Numbered from the stretch's first letter, positions 14,101 to 29,100 are shown. The stretch: DNA of 64,000 nucleotides from Octopus sinensis (GCF_006345805.1 NC_042999.1:63612001-63676000); one strand, 5' to 3'. The notes: generated by a model from the sequence alone, not told the origin. Numbers and translations are program-made.

Positions 14101-17100
14101 TAGTATCAGCAACTGGTTTGATCAGCAAAATGACATCTACCACCATCACACAATCGTGGGTGACAGGATCTGTAGAGCATCAGATAAAGTTTCTTGCAGC
14201 ATTTAATTGCACCCTTTATTTTCTAAGTTCAGTTCCCACCAAACTCCACTTCACTTTTTGTCCCTCTGAAGTTGATATAAATGTAGCAGTCAAATACTGA
14301 TACTGAAATCCTCCCCCAAAACTTAGAAATTGATAGTAGATGGCAGAACAGTGGTATTTGGATTGTCCTTTAAAATTTTGAGTTCAAACCCTGATGAGAT
14401 CAACTTTGCCTTTCAGCCTTCCAAGGTCAGTGAAATAAGTCCTTGTCAAGTACTGGGGATGGTATAATTAATAATAAGGCGGTAGGAAATCATCATCATC
14501 ATCATCATTTAGCGTCCGTTCTCCATGCTAGCATGGGTTGGACGGTTCAACTGGGGTCTGTGAAGCTGGAAGGCTTCATCAGGCCCAGTCAGATCTGGCA
14601 GTGTTTCTACGGCTGGATGCCCTTCCTAACGCCAACCACTCCGTGAGTGTAGTGGGTGCTTTTTACGTGCCACCTGCACAGGTGCCAGACAGAGCTGGCA
14701 AACGGCCACAAACGGATGGTGCTTTTACGTGTCACCGGCACGGGGGCCAGGCGAGGCTGGCAACGGACACGAACGGATGGTGCTTTTACGTGCCACCAAC
14801 ACGGGGGCCAGACAGAGCTGGCAAACGGCCACGAAACGGATGGTGCTTTTACGTGTCACCGGCACGGGGGCCAGGCGAGGCTGGCAACGGGCACAAACGG
14901 ATGGTGCTTTTACATGCCACCGACATGGGGGCCAGACGCGGACGCTAAATGATGATGATGATGATGATGATGATCATTATCACAGTTGATTCCTCATATT
15001 GGCATATTCTGAAATTAAATCTAAAAGTGAAATAATGTAAGTTCAGTAAGCATAACTGTAATTAAATGGAATTCTAAAGATAATTAGCATATATTAATGT
15101 AGTAAATGCTGCTGGATTAGACTTTGCTTTTGTCTTTATAGGATCAATAAAATAAAGTATTGGGCATGTAGTAGTTCATGACTGTCAATATAATTGTCTG
15201 TACCCTACCTCCCCCAAATGTGTGACCTTGTAATATATGTCAGAAATTATCATCATCATCATCATCATCATTTAGCGTCCGTTTTCCATGCTAGCATGGG
15301 TTATCTTTATTTAATGTCTGTTGTCCATGCTGGCATGGGTTGGACAGTTTAACCAGGGCTGGTAAGCTGAAGAGCTGCACCAGACTCCAATCTGATTTGG
15401 TGTGGTTTCTACAGCTGGATGCCCTTCCTAATATGCCAACCACTCCGAGAGTGTAATGGGTGCTTTTACGTACCAGCTGCCATGACCATGCTCTCACTTA
15501 ACTCAATGGGTCTTCTACTCAAGCACTGCATATTGCCAAAGCTCTTGGTCGTTTGTCATTGCCTTTGTGAGGCCCAACACTCGAAAGATGCTTTTTATGT
15601 GCCACCGGCACAGGAGCTAGTTTTCAGCATAATAATGGTTTCAGATTTTTCCACAAGAGCAGCAGTTTTGGGGGAGGAGATGAGTCAATTACATCAACCC
15701 CCAGCATTCAACTGGTACTTATTTTATCAACCCGGAAAGGATGAAAGGCAAAGTTGACCTGAGCAGAACTTGAACTCAGAATGTAAAGAGTCAGAAGAAA
15801 TGCTGCTAATCATTTCAGCCAGTATGCTAATGATTCTGTCTGCTTGCTGCAATATAATAATGCCAATCCAGCCATCAGTCAAATAATGGTGCTAATTAAC
15901 CCAATTTTATTCTCTATTTTTTTTTTAGTCCTTGTGATTAAAAAGTATTAATGGCAAGACTGTATCATAAAAGAATCCTTAAACCCAGTTTGCAGTGATG
16001 AAACAATACTAATTATATTAAACAAAAATTAAATTTTAAACACCATTTTTTTTTTCTTAAACAGATAATGAAGACCTAACAGACCGCATAGATCTTGTGA
16101 TATGTTTAGGAGGAGATGGAACCTTGATGTATGCAGCATCTCTTTTCCAGGTATTTTCTTTTTTTTAGGTCTTACATACACGTTCCCTATATTTATTTAC
16201 ATTAGTGATATCAGCTTTAACAACGTTAAAAGTAATTTAAAATTAGAAAGTAAATATATTCTCATATATAGCTGCAGACGTGGCTGTGTGGTTAAGAAGC
16301 CTGCTTTGCAACCACATGGTTTCAGGTTCAGGCCTACTTCATGGAACATAAAGCAAGTGTCTTTTGCTATAGCCCTAGGCCAACTGATGCCCTGTGAGTG
16401 ATGGAAAGTGTATGAAAGTTCATCGTGTGTGTCTTTGTGTTTAACCCTCAGCACCACTTGGCAACCAGTGTTGGTTTGTTTATGTCCCTTTAACCTTGTG
16501 GTTTGGCAAAAGAAACTTACAGAATAAGTACTGGAGTTGATTTGTTCAACTAAACCCATCAAGGTGGCGCCCCAACACGGACACAGTCCATATAAGAGAT
16601 AAAAGATTAAAAAAGAGAAAAATGTATATTTACTCTTAAATCCGAGTAAATCCTTTATTTGTAAGGTTATAATCTTAGGAATATATGTATGATTATATAT
16701 ATATATTTGGATATGCAAAGAAGGGAAAAAGTTCTCAATGAATACATGAGAAAAAGTACAAATCAAAGCATATAATTTGTTTGCTTGAAGTAGCCGATTC
16801 ACTCTATCACTATTAAGAGTTTCTTTCCAATCTCAAAGCGTCCTTGATACTGTCTTTCAGCTGCATGGAGAATACATGACAGGAAACTCCATGTAGCAAA
16901 AATGAATTATCAACCTGTTAATGAGGTTATAATTTTTAATACCCTTGCTATCTTCAGAGATTAATCATTTTATCATTTATTAAAAAAAAAATTTCCCCTT
17001 CTTAACAATACAATGAATAGCTCCCACAAAAATCTAATTAATAGCAACGCATTTCAGATGCTTAGATGTTATTTTATTGCTTTTCTGAATTCTTTATTTG

Positions 17101-20100
17101 AATATGAAATTATAAACTTGATAAGTTGAGTCATTTGTAATGAATTTATTCTTATAGTGTTTTAATGTGTTCTTCAACAGCAAAGTGTACCCCCAGTAAT
17201 GTCTTTCCATCTTGGCTCTCTTGGATTTCTTGCACCATTCCAGTTTCGGGAATTTAAAGAAGACATCACACAAGTTTTAGAAGGTATATTGAATGTTGTT
17301 TTTATTATAATTCAGTGAAGGCTAATGGTTAGCAGATTTTGTAGAGCAGGCAGTTAAAGCTTTATGTTGTTTAGTGATGTCCCGTTATATTCCAAGTTCA
17401 AATCCCATTGAGATAGATTTTGCTTTTGTACTTATTTCATCAACCCAGAAAGGATAAAAGGCAAAGTCACCCTCAGTTCAATTTGAACACAGAACATAGA
17501 AGACAGAGGAAATGCTACCTAGCATTTTGTCTGGTGTGCTAACAATTCTGCCAGCTCACCTCCTTAATAATAATAATAACAATAACAACAGCAGCAGCAG
17601 CAGCAACAACAACAACAACCACCACCACCACCACCAAATTTGATGACTGGTACCCATGCCAGTGGAGTGCTAACAGCTCCATCCGAGTGGGATCACTGCC
17701 AGAGCAGAAACATTGAAATAGAGGGTGAGAGACTTTGCAAATGAAAATGGAGTACTCTGCAGTGACTGCAACAAATATTTAAATTTGTGGAAAATTAAGG
17801 TTCAAAAATTCAATAAAGTTCAGAAATAGAAATTATAGGAAATTTCTTGGAAATATGAATTTATAAAAAAATTTCCACATGGTCAAGCTTTTAATAATTG
17901 CTTTCTTTTAGTACTTTTAGTAACTATTACATATTCAATTAACAAGCAGCTTTCTCCATTATGATATAGATATAGCATACAGGATCCATTCTTTCTATTT
18001 CAAAATACTGCTTAATATCATCTGCATATTTTAACACAGCAGCCATGCTTCAGGTTGGCATCTATTTAATATACATAAAAAGCAACACGGGACTAAGAAC
18101 AGATCCCTGCAGGACACCATATGTTTTTGCATTGAGTGCAGAAAGTTGTCCTAGTACAATGACTACCTCTTTTCAACCAAGAATGAAAGGCTTTAACTAG
18201 TAATAAAACTTGACTGTTGCACTCATTACAGAGTCCACTTCCCAATATGACATGGGATTTGGTATGTTTACAACAAACAAGAATTCAAATATTAATCATT
18301 CAAACCTGAAATAAGGAGTAGGCCATTTTCTTTCATAGTGTAAGTTTTTAAAAACTGGAGTTACAGCATACAATAACGAAAAGAAATATGACAACAGAAT
18401 ATCAATTTAATGAAACTGGATACAGTATTAACAGTAGTCAGTAAATTAACCACTGGAAAGCAACACCATGATAATAATTAAGAAGGCAGCTCCCTAACGA
18501 CAGTTACTCTTTTACTTGTTTCAGTCATTTGACTGTGGCCATGCTGGAGCACCACCTTTAGTCGAGCAAATCGACCCAGGACTTATTCTTTGTAAGCCTA
18601 GTACTTATTCTATCGGTCTCTTTTGCCGAACCGCTAAGTTACAGGGACATAAACACACCAGCATCGGTTGTCAAGCAATGTTGGGGGGACAAACACAGAC
18701 ATACACACACACATACATAATATATATACACACATATATACGACGGGCTTCTTTCAGTTTCCGTCTACCAAATCCACACACAAGGCTTTGGTCGGCCCGA
18801 GGCTATAGTAGAAGACACTTGCCCAAGGTGCCACGCAGTGGGACTGAACCCGGAACCATGTGGTTTGTAAGCGAGCTACTTACCACACAGCCACTAATGA
18901 GGAACAATAATGTTTATGAATTGAAATATTATTTATTACCAGTAAATTAACAGTCAGAAATATTGAGTTCTAACAAAGGCACATGCTGAAGGGAATATAG
19001 ACAATCAGAATGAACCCCAGACTAGAAACCTACTCCAAATGATTGCAAGAAAGTGAATAAAATTACATATGTGTGCCAGCATACACCATCAAGAAATATA
19101 TATTTATATAAAAGGCAGCAAGCTGGCAGAAATGTTAGCACGCAGGGCGAAATGCTTAGCGGTATTTCGTCTGCCGTTACGTTCTGAGTTCAAATTCTGC
19201 TGAGTTCAACTTTGCCTTTCATCCTTTCAGGGTCGATAAATTAAGTACCAGTTGCGCACTGGGGTCGATATAATCGACTTAATCTGTTTGTCTGTCCTTG
19301 TTTGTCCCCTCTGTGTTTATCCCCTTGTGGGTAGTAAAGAAATATATATATTTATATATAGGTGATGGCATAACTATATGATTAAGAAGTTCACTTCCCA
19401 ACCACTAGGTTTCTGGTTCAGTCTCACTGCATGGTACTTTGGGCAACTGCCGTCTATTGTAGCCCCAGGTCACTTGTGAGTGGACTCAGTAGATGGAATG
19501 ATAGTAACTTCAAAGTTTTGGCAAGCTAAGTCATCATCATACTGTGATGCCTTTAAGTTAATTTTAGCTTTATATAGTCACTCTTAAAATAATTTTTTTT
19601 TCAAGTATGTCTGGTAAAGTATTGTGGAGAAATTTTTATTGATTAAATTTGGGGTTATGTTACTGTTCAGAGTTTATTCATACATGTAGAACTTTGTAAA
19701 CAGCTGTGTATATTTAGGTGTGTCAGCTTCAGGTCATGGGTTTTTTTAGTGATTCTCAAAAAGGATGTAGGTAGATAGAGGGAGTGTTTTGGTCAGCAGA
19801 TATATCTCTAGTTTTAGTTATTTTTGGTTTGACATTGTAATGTTTAAGGTTGCAAGTTTAGTCCAGCCTTTAAAAACTTAGTAATTAGGTGTGTCAGCTT
19901 TTCCGTGATGGAATTTTTAAAGAATCACAAAAGAGTGTAAATAAGTGGTGTGTTTTAGGTGGTCAGTAAGTTAAGGTATGTATCTCTCTAGACTGCTGTG
20001 TGCTTTGCAATCATTAGGTCTCGAGTTTGATAACAATGCACAACATTTTAAGCAATTTTTCACCATTGCCCCAGCCGCTCAGATGGAATGTACCTGTAAT

Positions 20101-23100
20101 TCAGCGGTCCAACCTTGTCACACTCTATGAATACTGATTTTTTCCTAAAGATTCACTTAAGGGAACACTTTTTTCTTTTATCTTTTATTTGTTTGAGTCA
20201 TTGGACTCTGGCCATGCTGGAGCACCACCTTGAAGGGTTTTAGTCAAATAGATCAACACCAGTACATATTTTTTAAAGTCTGGTACTATTCTATTGGTCT
20301 CTTTTGCCAAATAGCTAAGTTACAGGAACATAAACAAACCAACACCAGTTATCAATTGGTGAGGGAGAAACAAAGACACACACACACACATATATATGCA
20401 ATAAGCTTCCTCATAGTTCTCGTCTTCAAATTTGCTCACAAGTTATTGATTAGCTCTGGGATATAGTTATTTCTTTATTGCCCACAAGGGGCTAAATATA
20501 GAGGGGACAGACAAAGGGATTAAGTCGATTACATCAACCCCAGTACGTAACTGGTACTTAATTTATCGACCCCGAAAGGATGAAAGGTAAAGTCGACCTC
20601 GGTGGAATTTGAACTCAGAACGTAGCAGCAGATGAAATACTGCTAAGCATTTCGCCCGGCGTGCTAACATTTATGCCAGCTCGCCACCTTATAACCACTC
20701 TGGGTTATAGTAGAGGACATTTGCCCAAGGTGCCACACAGTGGGACTGAACCCAAAACCACATGGTTACAAAGCAAGCTTCTTAACCACTCTTAACTTCT
20801 TAACCTGCATCTACTCGGCCACCTACACTGCCTTTCAGAAATAGATTGTTCTGTTATTTGAACTACTAGAATATTTACTATCAAAACTGACGAATATCTA
20901 CTTACTTATTGTGAGGTATCTAGTTTGCCTGCTCTCAATTTGTACTGCCCCCTCTGATATATCCACTGTAAACTAATGCTAATTTGTTCTCATCTAAAGG
21001 TAACGCTACTTTACTACTTCGAAGTCGACTGGAATGTATTGTCTGTAAAGCTGGTACGGAACTGTCAAAAAAGAGTGACTGGAAGAATATTCTGGTAAGA
21101 TTTTGTCTTTTGCTTTATGTAAAATTGTATTCTTTATTCTTTTCTTTTATTTGTTTCAGTCATTTGACTGCGGCCATGCTGGAGCACCACCTTTAGTCGA
21201 GCAAATAGACCCCAGGACTTATTCTTTGTAAGCCTAGTACTTATTCTATCGGTCTCTTTTTGCTGAACTGCTAAGTTACAGGGACGCAAGCACGCCAGCA
21301 TCGGTTGTCAAGCGATGTTGGTGGGAGAAACACAGACACACAAACATACACACAGATATATATACGATGGGCTTCTTTCAGTTTCCGTCTACCAAATCCA
21401 CTTACAAGGCTTTGGTTGGCCCGAGGCTATAGTTGAAGACACTTGCCCAAGGTGCCATGCTGTGGGACTGAACCTGGAACCATGTGGTTGGTAAGCAAGC
21501 TATTTACCACACAGCCACTCCTGTGCCTGTTAACAAAAGTTGGGATGCAGTGGGACTGAATCCGGAACCATGTGGTTGGTAAACAAGCTACTTACCACAC
21601 AGCCACTCCTGTGCCTGTTAACAAAAGTTGGGATGCATGGTGTTCAGTTATTCCACAGATGAAAAATGCATTAAATACTACAAAACATACATGTAGGGCA
21701 GACACCAGAACATTAATACTTCAGTTATCGACCGAAAAATATTAATACCTAGTTTCATGCCTTTAATGGTAAGACCAGGAAACTGAAGTATATATATGTG
21801 TGTTTGTGTGTCTGTGTTTGTTCCCCACCCAACATCGCTTGACAACCGATGCTGGTGTGTTTACGTCCCCGTAACTTAGCGGTTCGGCAAAAGAAACTGA
21901 TAGAATTAGTACTAGGCTTACACAGAATAAGTCCTGGGGTCGATTTCCTCGACTAAAGGCGATGCTCCAGCATGGCCACAGTCAAATGACTGAAACAAGT
22001 AAAACTGTAGATAGTACAGGTTGTATGGTTCACCTTTATAACCAGTGGCAACACTAAGGTTTACTCAGAGGCAATCTTGATGATTAAGTCTGCCTGTGGG
22101 AAAAACTACTCAAGACAGTTTAGTGACATATCCAGGCAGAGAACTAGAGTTGCACTCCTCCTTCCCTGTGGATTCTTGTACGACTTGTGTACTTTATAGA
22201 CACTTGTGGAAGCAATTAGATCCTACCTCTCCAACTTACAGATGTTCCCATTAAATAAACTTATAGCATCTCTTTTTAATCGCTTCCAGGTACTGAATGA
22301 AGTTGTTCTTGACCGAGGATTATCTCCCTATTTGTGTAATCTGGATTTGTATGTAGAGCGACATTTAGTGACGTCTGTACAAGGTGATGGTGAGTTGTTG
22401 TTGTTCTTGTTATTATTACTATTGTTTCACCTCAGGCCTAAGATATTCAAGCCGTGACTGTCATTATTTTTGTATCTCAAGCATTACATTATCCAATGTG
22501 TCCCTTCTTTTTTATAATGATATAAGATGGGGTTTGAGTTATTTTAGCAGGTAGTGTAACTACAGTGAAGGCGCATGGCTCAGTGGTTAGAGCGTCGAGC
22601 TTACGATCATGAGGTTGTGAGTTCGAATCCCGGACCGGGCTGCGTGTTGTGTTCTCGAGCAAGACACTTTATTTCACGTTGCTCCAGTTCACTCAGGTGT
22701 AGAAATGAGTTGCGATGTCATTGGTGCCAAGCTGTATCAGCCCTTGCTTTTCCCTTGGATAACACTGGTGGCATGGAAAGGGGAGGCCGGTATACATGGG
22801 CGACTGCTGGTCTTCCATAAACATCCTTGCTGGGACTTGTGCCCGGGAGGGTAACTTCCTAGGTGTAATCCCATGGTCAGTCATGACAGAAGAGGTTCTC
22901 AGCAGTGTAACCACTTAGAGGCTTCTTTGTTGTCTCCTATGACTCCTGCAGGTTTTCCACTATGGACCAAGGGACTGTATAAAGGATGTTCATCTTGGTT
23001 TGTACGATTATGTAATGGTTGGCTTATGTGACCTCATAGGAGTTGTCTCATTGGCTCATGCAATTGCATGGAGACTTCTTCATATGCACTTCGACTGCTT

Positions 23101-26100
23101 GTTTGTTTGAATGGCTAAGCAGAAGCAACTGCAATTGTTCGTGTAACTATTTAAAGATTTCTATATTGGCTTGTGTAACAATGTAGAGGTATTGTTGGTA
23201 GTTTGTGCAACTGCAAGCAGGTCCTTTGTTGGCTCATGTGACTGCATAGACACTCACCTTCTCAGTAAAAACATGTTTCAACCTAGTATCCGTTGTCAAC
23301 CATAGCATTAAGGAATTTTCATCTTTTTGTTTAATCTCCTATAATTACGAATGAATTAACTATTAAGAGATACATAGCTGCTATCTCCAGTAACCGAGTG
23401 TCCACCACTGACAAGGCCAAGGAAGACCAAAATCATGTGATCTGGTGGTCTCAGGACCGGTGGGCATTTATCTCCCTGTTAACAATCTATTCACCTGTTA
23501 CAACATTGGCCTATATAACACACGCACTCATGCAGTTTAATCTTTGATGCTATTCTAAGTAACTGACTGACTGTAATGATAAAAATAGGAATTTTTAAAA
23601 ATAATCATAGTAGAAAAAAATGATTTGTACAAGGGGATGCTAAAAAGTTCCTGGCTTTAAAAGTATCAGAAAAGGCTTGGTTGGAGGCCCAAACTTCTGA
23701 GTTCTTTTACAGGGCTTAGAAAAACTGAAGGACCACTGCAATAAGTGTGTGAATCTAAGAGGGGAATATGTTGAATAAAATTATGATTAGATAATTTACT
23801 AATCCTCCTATATTTTTTTTTTACCCAAAGCCAGGAACCCCCTTGTATAACTAAATTAAGAACGAGTTGGGGGCTTTTCAATGAACAGATCACTTTTTTT
23901 TTTGTCTTAAATTGTTTCTTATAAGATATGTTATTAATGATAAAGAAAAAAGAGAAAAAGGTTACTACAAATTTGTTGATTGAATTTTTCAGGTATTATT
24001 ATATCTACTCCTACCGGAAGTACAGCCTATGCTGTTGCTGCAGGTGCCTCTATGATGCATCCTAGTGTTCCTTCCATCATGATAACCCCCATCTGCCCTC
24101 ATTCATTGTCTTTCCGACCTATTGTGGTACCAGCTGGAGTTGAGATAAAGGTTAGTTCATTCGCAATAATTTACTGAGCGTTTTTTTTCCATATATTCTA
24201 CATTGATTTTTAAAATTATTTTTCTTCCTTTTTCAGTTATTGATTTTTTTTTTAAATGTTAGTGTGGTGATATATGTCAGTAGCCCTACTGTGCTCTATT
24301 AACATCAAGGTAGATATGTTTATAAGGATAATTCCCACTCCTGCACATCACCTGTTGTCACAGAGTGAACCTGACACAAAGAGACATGAAGAATTATAAT
24401 CAACCATGTCTGTCAATGTCAGACTGAACTATAACCTAGACCAAGAGCTTAAGAAATAAATAGTCATGGTGTATATAGAGTGAACTATGCTAGTTCTCAT
24501 GTAATTCATTTGCAAATGTGACTAGTCAACCACGCTCTTACATATGTCGTCTTGTTTCAGGGGAGCTATAATAGAGCAGGTTTATCTTTCAATGATACTC
24601 CGGTTGATGACTATCTTGTTTATTGGGTTTCATTTAGTAACATAGTGAATCTAGTGTTACTACAATATCCTATGTATGCCTTTTTCAAGATGGTAGGATA
24701 TTATTGGAGGGAGATTTGACAGCTGCTCCTTGTAGGTCCAGTAACTGTTGGGGCGGTAACACAATTGAAAGTAGCTGTTTTTTCCAAAGGCATGAAACCT
24801 CTACTCACACAAGTCACTGCCAGCTCTCCCTCTCTCCTGACCTAGATAATATTATAGTGCTCTAATTTAGCTGTTGACATGGGATTCTTTTCTTTGTGTA
24901 ACTGCTTCACTTATTTGACATTCTATTTATTAAAAAAAACAGCAAAAACTAATTGTTGTTATTGTTGTGGCAAGCTGGCTGAACTGTTAGTGGACAAACT
25001 GCTTTGAGACATTTTATCTATCTTTGTTGATTTTCCCCTTTCGTCCTTTTGGAATCGATAAAATGAGTACCAGTTGAGCATTGGGGTTAATGTCATCAAC
25101 TTCCCATCTTCCCCGAAATTTCAGGTCTTCTACCTTTAGTAGAAAGGATTATTATGTGGTGGTATCAAACTCAGTAGAAAATCACACAGAATGCCTTGCA
25201 GTATTTATTCTGGTTCCTTATGTCCTGAGTTCAAATTGTGATGAAGTCATCTTCATCTTTAATTTTTCCAGGATTGATAAAAAATAATAAAAAGTACTAG
25301 TCAAATACTAAGGGTAATTCAGACAACTAACCCCTCACCTTCCGCTACTGGCCTTGTGCCCAAAGATGCTGTGTCATACATAGGAGATAACAAAGGACAC
25401 CAAATTAATTGGTGATATGCAGTGCTGCAGAAAACCCAACAATCTGTGGAAAAACATGCATGGCATTGGGAAGGATGTCTAACCATGGAAACCATGCCTA
25501 AACAATACATCAGATCCTTTTGAACCTGTGTCAACATGGAAATGGAACGTAGACCCTGAAAGGGCACTGGTAGTAGTGGCAAGGGTGACATCAGCAGTGG
25601 AAATTATTATCTAAGGTGGTGACCTGGTAGAATCGTTAGTACACTAGGGAAAATGCTTCATGGCATTTCGTTCATCTTTTATATTCTGAGTTCAGATTCC
25701 ACTGAGGTCAACTTTGCCTTTCATTCTTTCAGGGTCTATAAAACAAATACCAGTTGAGCACTGGGGTTGATGCAATCAACATATCCCCCCACCCCACCCC
25801 CCAACCAAAATAAATTGTGGACCTTGTGCCAAAATTTTAAACCTTTATTATTAAAATTGGTGAGTTGACAGAATCGTTACAACATCAGAAATAATGCCTT
25901 GTGGTATTTGTTTCAGCTGTTTACATTATGAACTCAAATCCCACCAATGTCAACTTTGTCTTTCATCCCTAAGGGATCAATAAAATAATGTACCAATCAA
26001 GCACTAGAGTCAGACACAACATACACTTTTAAGCGGGCATAAATATTAACTTTTACTATTATCACTATGTTTCATCTTGAAATTATATTTGGCTTATATT

Positions 26101-29100
26101 CGATGGATCTGCATAGGCACAGGAGTGGCTGTATGGTAAGTAGCTTGCTTACCAACCACATAGTTCTGGGTTCAGTCCCACTGCGTGGCACCTTGGGCAA
26201 GTGTTTTCTACTATAGCCTCGGGCCGACCAAAGCCTTGTGAGTGGATTTAGTAGACGGAAACTGAAAGAAGCCCGTCGTATATACAAGTATATGTATATA
26301 TATATATATGTTTGTGTGTCTGTGTTTGTCCCCCCAACATCGCTTGACAACCAATACTGGTGTGTTTACGTGCCCGTAACTTAGCGGTTTGGCAAAAGAG
26401 ACCGATAGAATAAGTACTAGGCTTACAAAGAATAAGTCCTAGGGTTGATTTGCTCGACTAAAAGGCGGTGCTCCAACATGGCCACAGTCAAATTGACTGA
26501 AACAAGTAAAAGAGTATACTAAATTTATATAATCACAGGTGTAGCTGTGTGGTAAACAGTTTGCTTCCCAACTACATGGTTCCAGGTAGTGAGGCACCTT
26601 GGTTAGATGTCATCCACTACAGCCTTAGGCCAGCAGTATTGACTAAACACCTGACCTCAAAATTGTTGTTGTTGATGGCTATGCTGTTATAGAAACAATA
26701 TATGTCAAAGAGCGAGCTGGCAGAAACATTATCATGCCGGGCGAAATGCGTAGTGGTATTTCGTCTACTGTTACGTGCTGAGTTCAAATTCCACCAAGGT
26801 CGACTTTGCCTTTCATCCTCTCGGGGTTGATAAATTAAGTACCAGTTACGCATTGGTGTCGATATAATCAACTTAATCCCTTTGTCATTATTTGTCCCCT
26901 CTACGTTTAGCCCTTTGTGGGCAATAAAGAAATAAGAAACAATATATGTCAAAAAACAGAGTGCTGAACAGAAGATTTTCCATGCAAATATTCGTGATTA
27001 ACAAATATTTTTGTGAGATGGTCTTACAATATTTGTAGACCCAAGTATTGCTATATTCTAGAATGTGCCTAATCTTTAATCATATAAGATAGCTTGTTTT
27101 TTACCTTCACAGAAGCAATTGTGTATCATTCCAATTGTACGTTACAAATGCGTTGAGAGATACATTTCTGACATATCTTCATGTTTTAATTCATTTGCTC
27201 AACCAGTGTCATTCATTGGCTTGTCTGCTTACTTCTGTAATCATTTAATCGTTTAGTGTTGCGGTTGATTATTAACACACTATTATCATTAAGAAATAGT
27301 TAATAGCAACAGAAGCAGCATTAATACCAAAAGGTATATTTAACCCCACTTAAAAGTGGATGTTGTGTTAGCACACAGGATATTGCAGTAGTTACCATGA
27401 AAGAAATTTTTGTATTGGCTTTCTATGTGATTCTATATACCATTAACAGAGATACATAGCTGCTATCTCCAGTAACCGAGTGTCCACCACTGACAAGGTG
27501 AAGGAAGACCAAAATCACGTGATCGTTGGTCTCAGGACCGGTGGGCATTTATCTCCCTCTCAACAATCTAGATGTGGAGGCGCAATGGCCCAATGGTTAG
27601 GGCAGCAGGATCGTGGTTTCGATTCCCAGACCGGGTATTGTGTGTGCTTATTAAGCAAAAACACCTAAAGCTCCACAAGGTTCGGGGAGGGGGGGCGACC
27701 CCTGTTGTACTCTTTCGCCCCAACTTTCTCTCACTCCTTCCTGTTTCCTGAGTAACGCTGTGATGGACTGGCGTCCCGTCCAGCTGGGGGGAACACATAC
27801 GCCACAGAAACCGGGAAACCAGGCCCATGAGCCTGGCTAGGCTTGAAAAAGGCGCATAAATAAATAAAAAAAACAATCTAGACAAGAGTGCTTTTATGCA
27901 ACAAAAGCCAATATGAGAGTTTTTATTGTGGTAAGACCTCAGTGGAATTTGAACTCAGGGTGTAAAGACAGATGAAATGCTGCTATGGTAATGATTCTGC
28001 CAACTCACTGCCTTTTGATGGCAATTATATTACTATAGTATCAATCAAAATCAAAATCAAATTTGATGACTGGCATCCATGTTAGCAGGGTGCAATGAGC
28101 ACCATACGAGTGTGATCGTTGACAGAGCGGTTAACTGGCTTCCGTGCCAGTGGCACACAAAAGGCACCATTCGAGTGAGATCGTTACCAGCATCGCCTTA
28201 CTGGCACTTGTGCCCTGAGCTAGTCGGGTGCCAAGAGCACCATGTAATATACTATTATAATCTATATATCTCTTATTATAAAAGGCAGATTTTATCTGCC
28301 TCCCTTTGTCACTTATAGAAATCTACAATATAGGATTTCTTCAATTACAATTTACTTAGCATTTTTAAGAGTAGAATGCATCGGGTCATGCCAGGTCCAG
28401 TTTTTAAAATTTAAACTCCAATTAAGCAAAATTTACAGAAAACTCACATTCTGGTGTGTATGTCAAATGCTTTTCTTAGTCTGGTTTACAGCACACGCAA
28501 ACGCACACACACAGTGTGCAACGAATAAAGTGAAACTAATTCACTGTGTGTTGACAGGTAGAAAATAGAATGCGATGGCAATGTAATATTTGTTTCTGTC
28601 TATGACGCTGATAGATACATGAGTAAAATGTATGGGAAGCTAAGAGATAAGAGTGAGTGAAAATGTTCTTGGAAGAGAGTAAATAGCGAGAGTGATTTGA
28701 GGAAGACTTTACATTAAATAACCGTAGTGGCTTGTATATATATATATATACATACATAAGACAGTAAGGTGTGATTTGAGGGAGATTTGGCTGCTATTTC
28801 TACCATGTCTAGCTGCCATGTAGGGGTCTCCCTCATAGGCTCATACATACATATATACATAGACTAGCAGTATCGCCCGGCGTTGCTCGGGTTGTAAGGA
28901 AAATAACTATATAAGCATTTTTAGAGAGTTATAGCCAAAAAATAGCAAAAAAATGCATTAAAAATTGAAAAAAGATTAAGGTAAATTTTTTTTTTTAATC
29001 GTTGACACATCGTAGATATTTTTAGAGAGTTACTTCCCTTATATAAAAGCGAAAAAAATGCATTAAAATGGAAAAATATGATGGTAAATTTTTTTTAAAT

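Noticed and set aside
14538-14989. Repeat-containing ORFs and a CRISPR-like regular repeat
   Set aside because: This is a tandem minisatellite inside a retroposon: no unique spacers, no cas genes, eukaryotic intron.
18516-18950. 144-aa ORF and similar ORFs at 47113 and 26072
   Set aside because: Antisense translations of SINE family A copies.
22570-22640. tRNA-like sequence (also 11688-11745 and 27575-27635)
   Set aside because: A and B boxes are present, but there is no proper acceptor stem and the sequence runs into a multi-copy SINE body.
22920-23260. Degenerate ~33-36-bp tandem units (ggctcatgtgactgcatagag-like)
   Set aside because: Decayed multimer of a common dispersed repeat; too degenerate to support more.
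23363-23489. H/ACA snoRNA reading (AGACCA box, terminal ACA) of the duplicated intronic unit
   Set aside because: I could not see a convincing two-hairpin fold; a hammerhead-like core with inverted termini explains it better. Not formally excluded.
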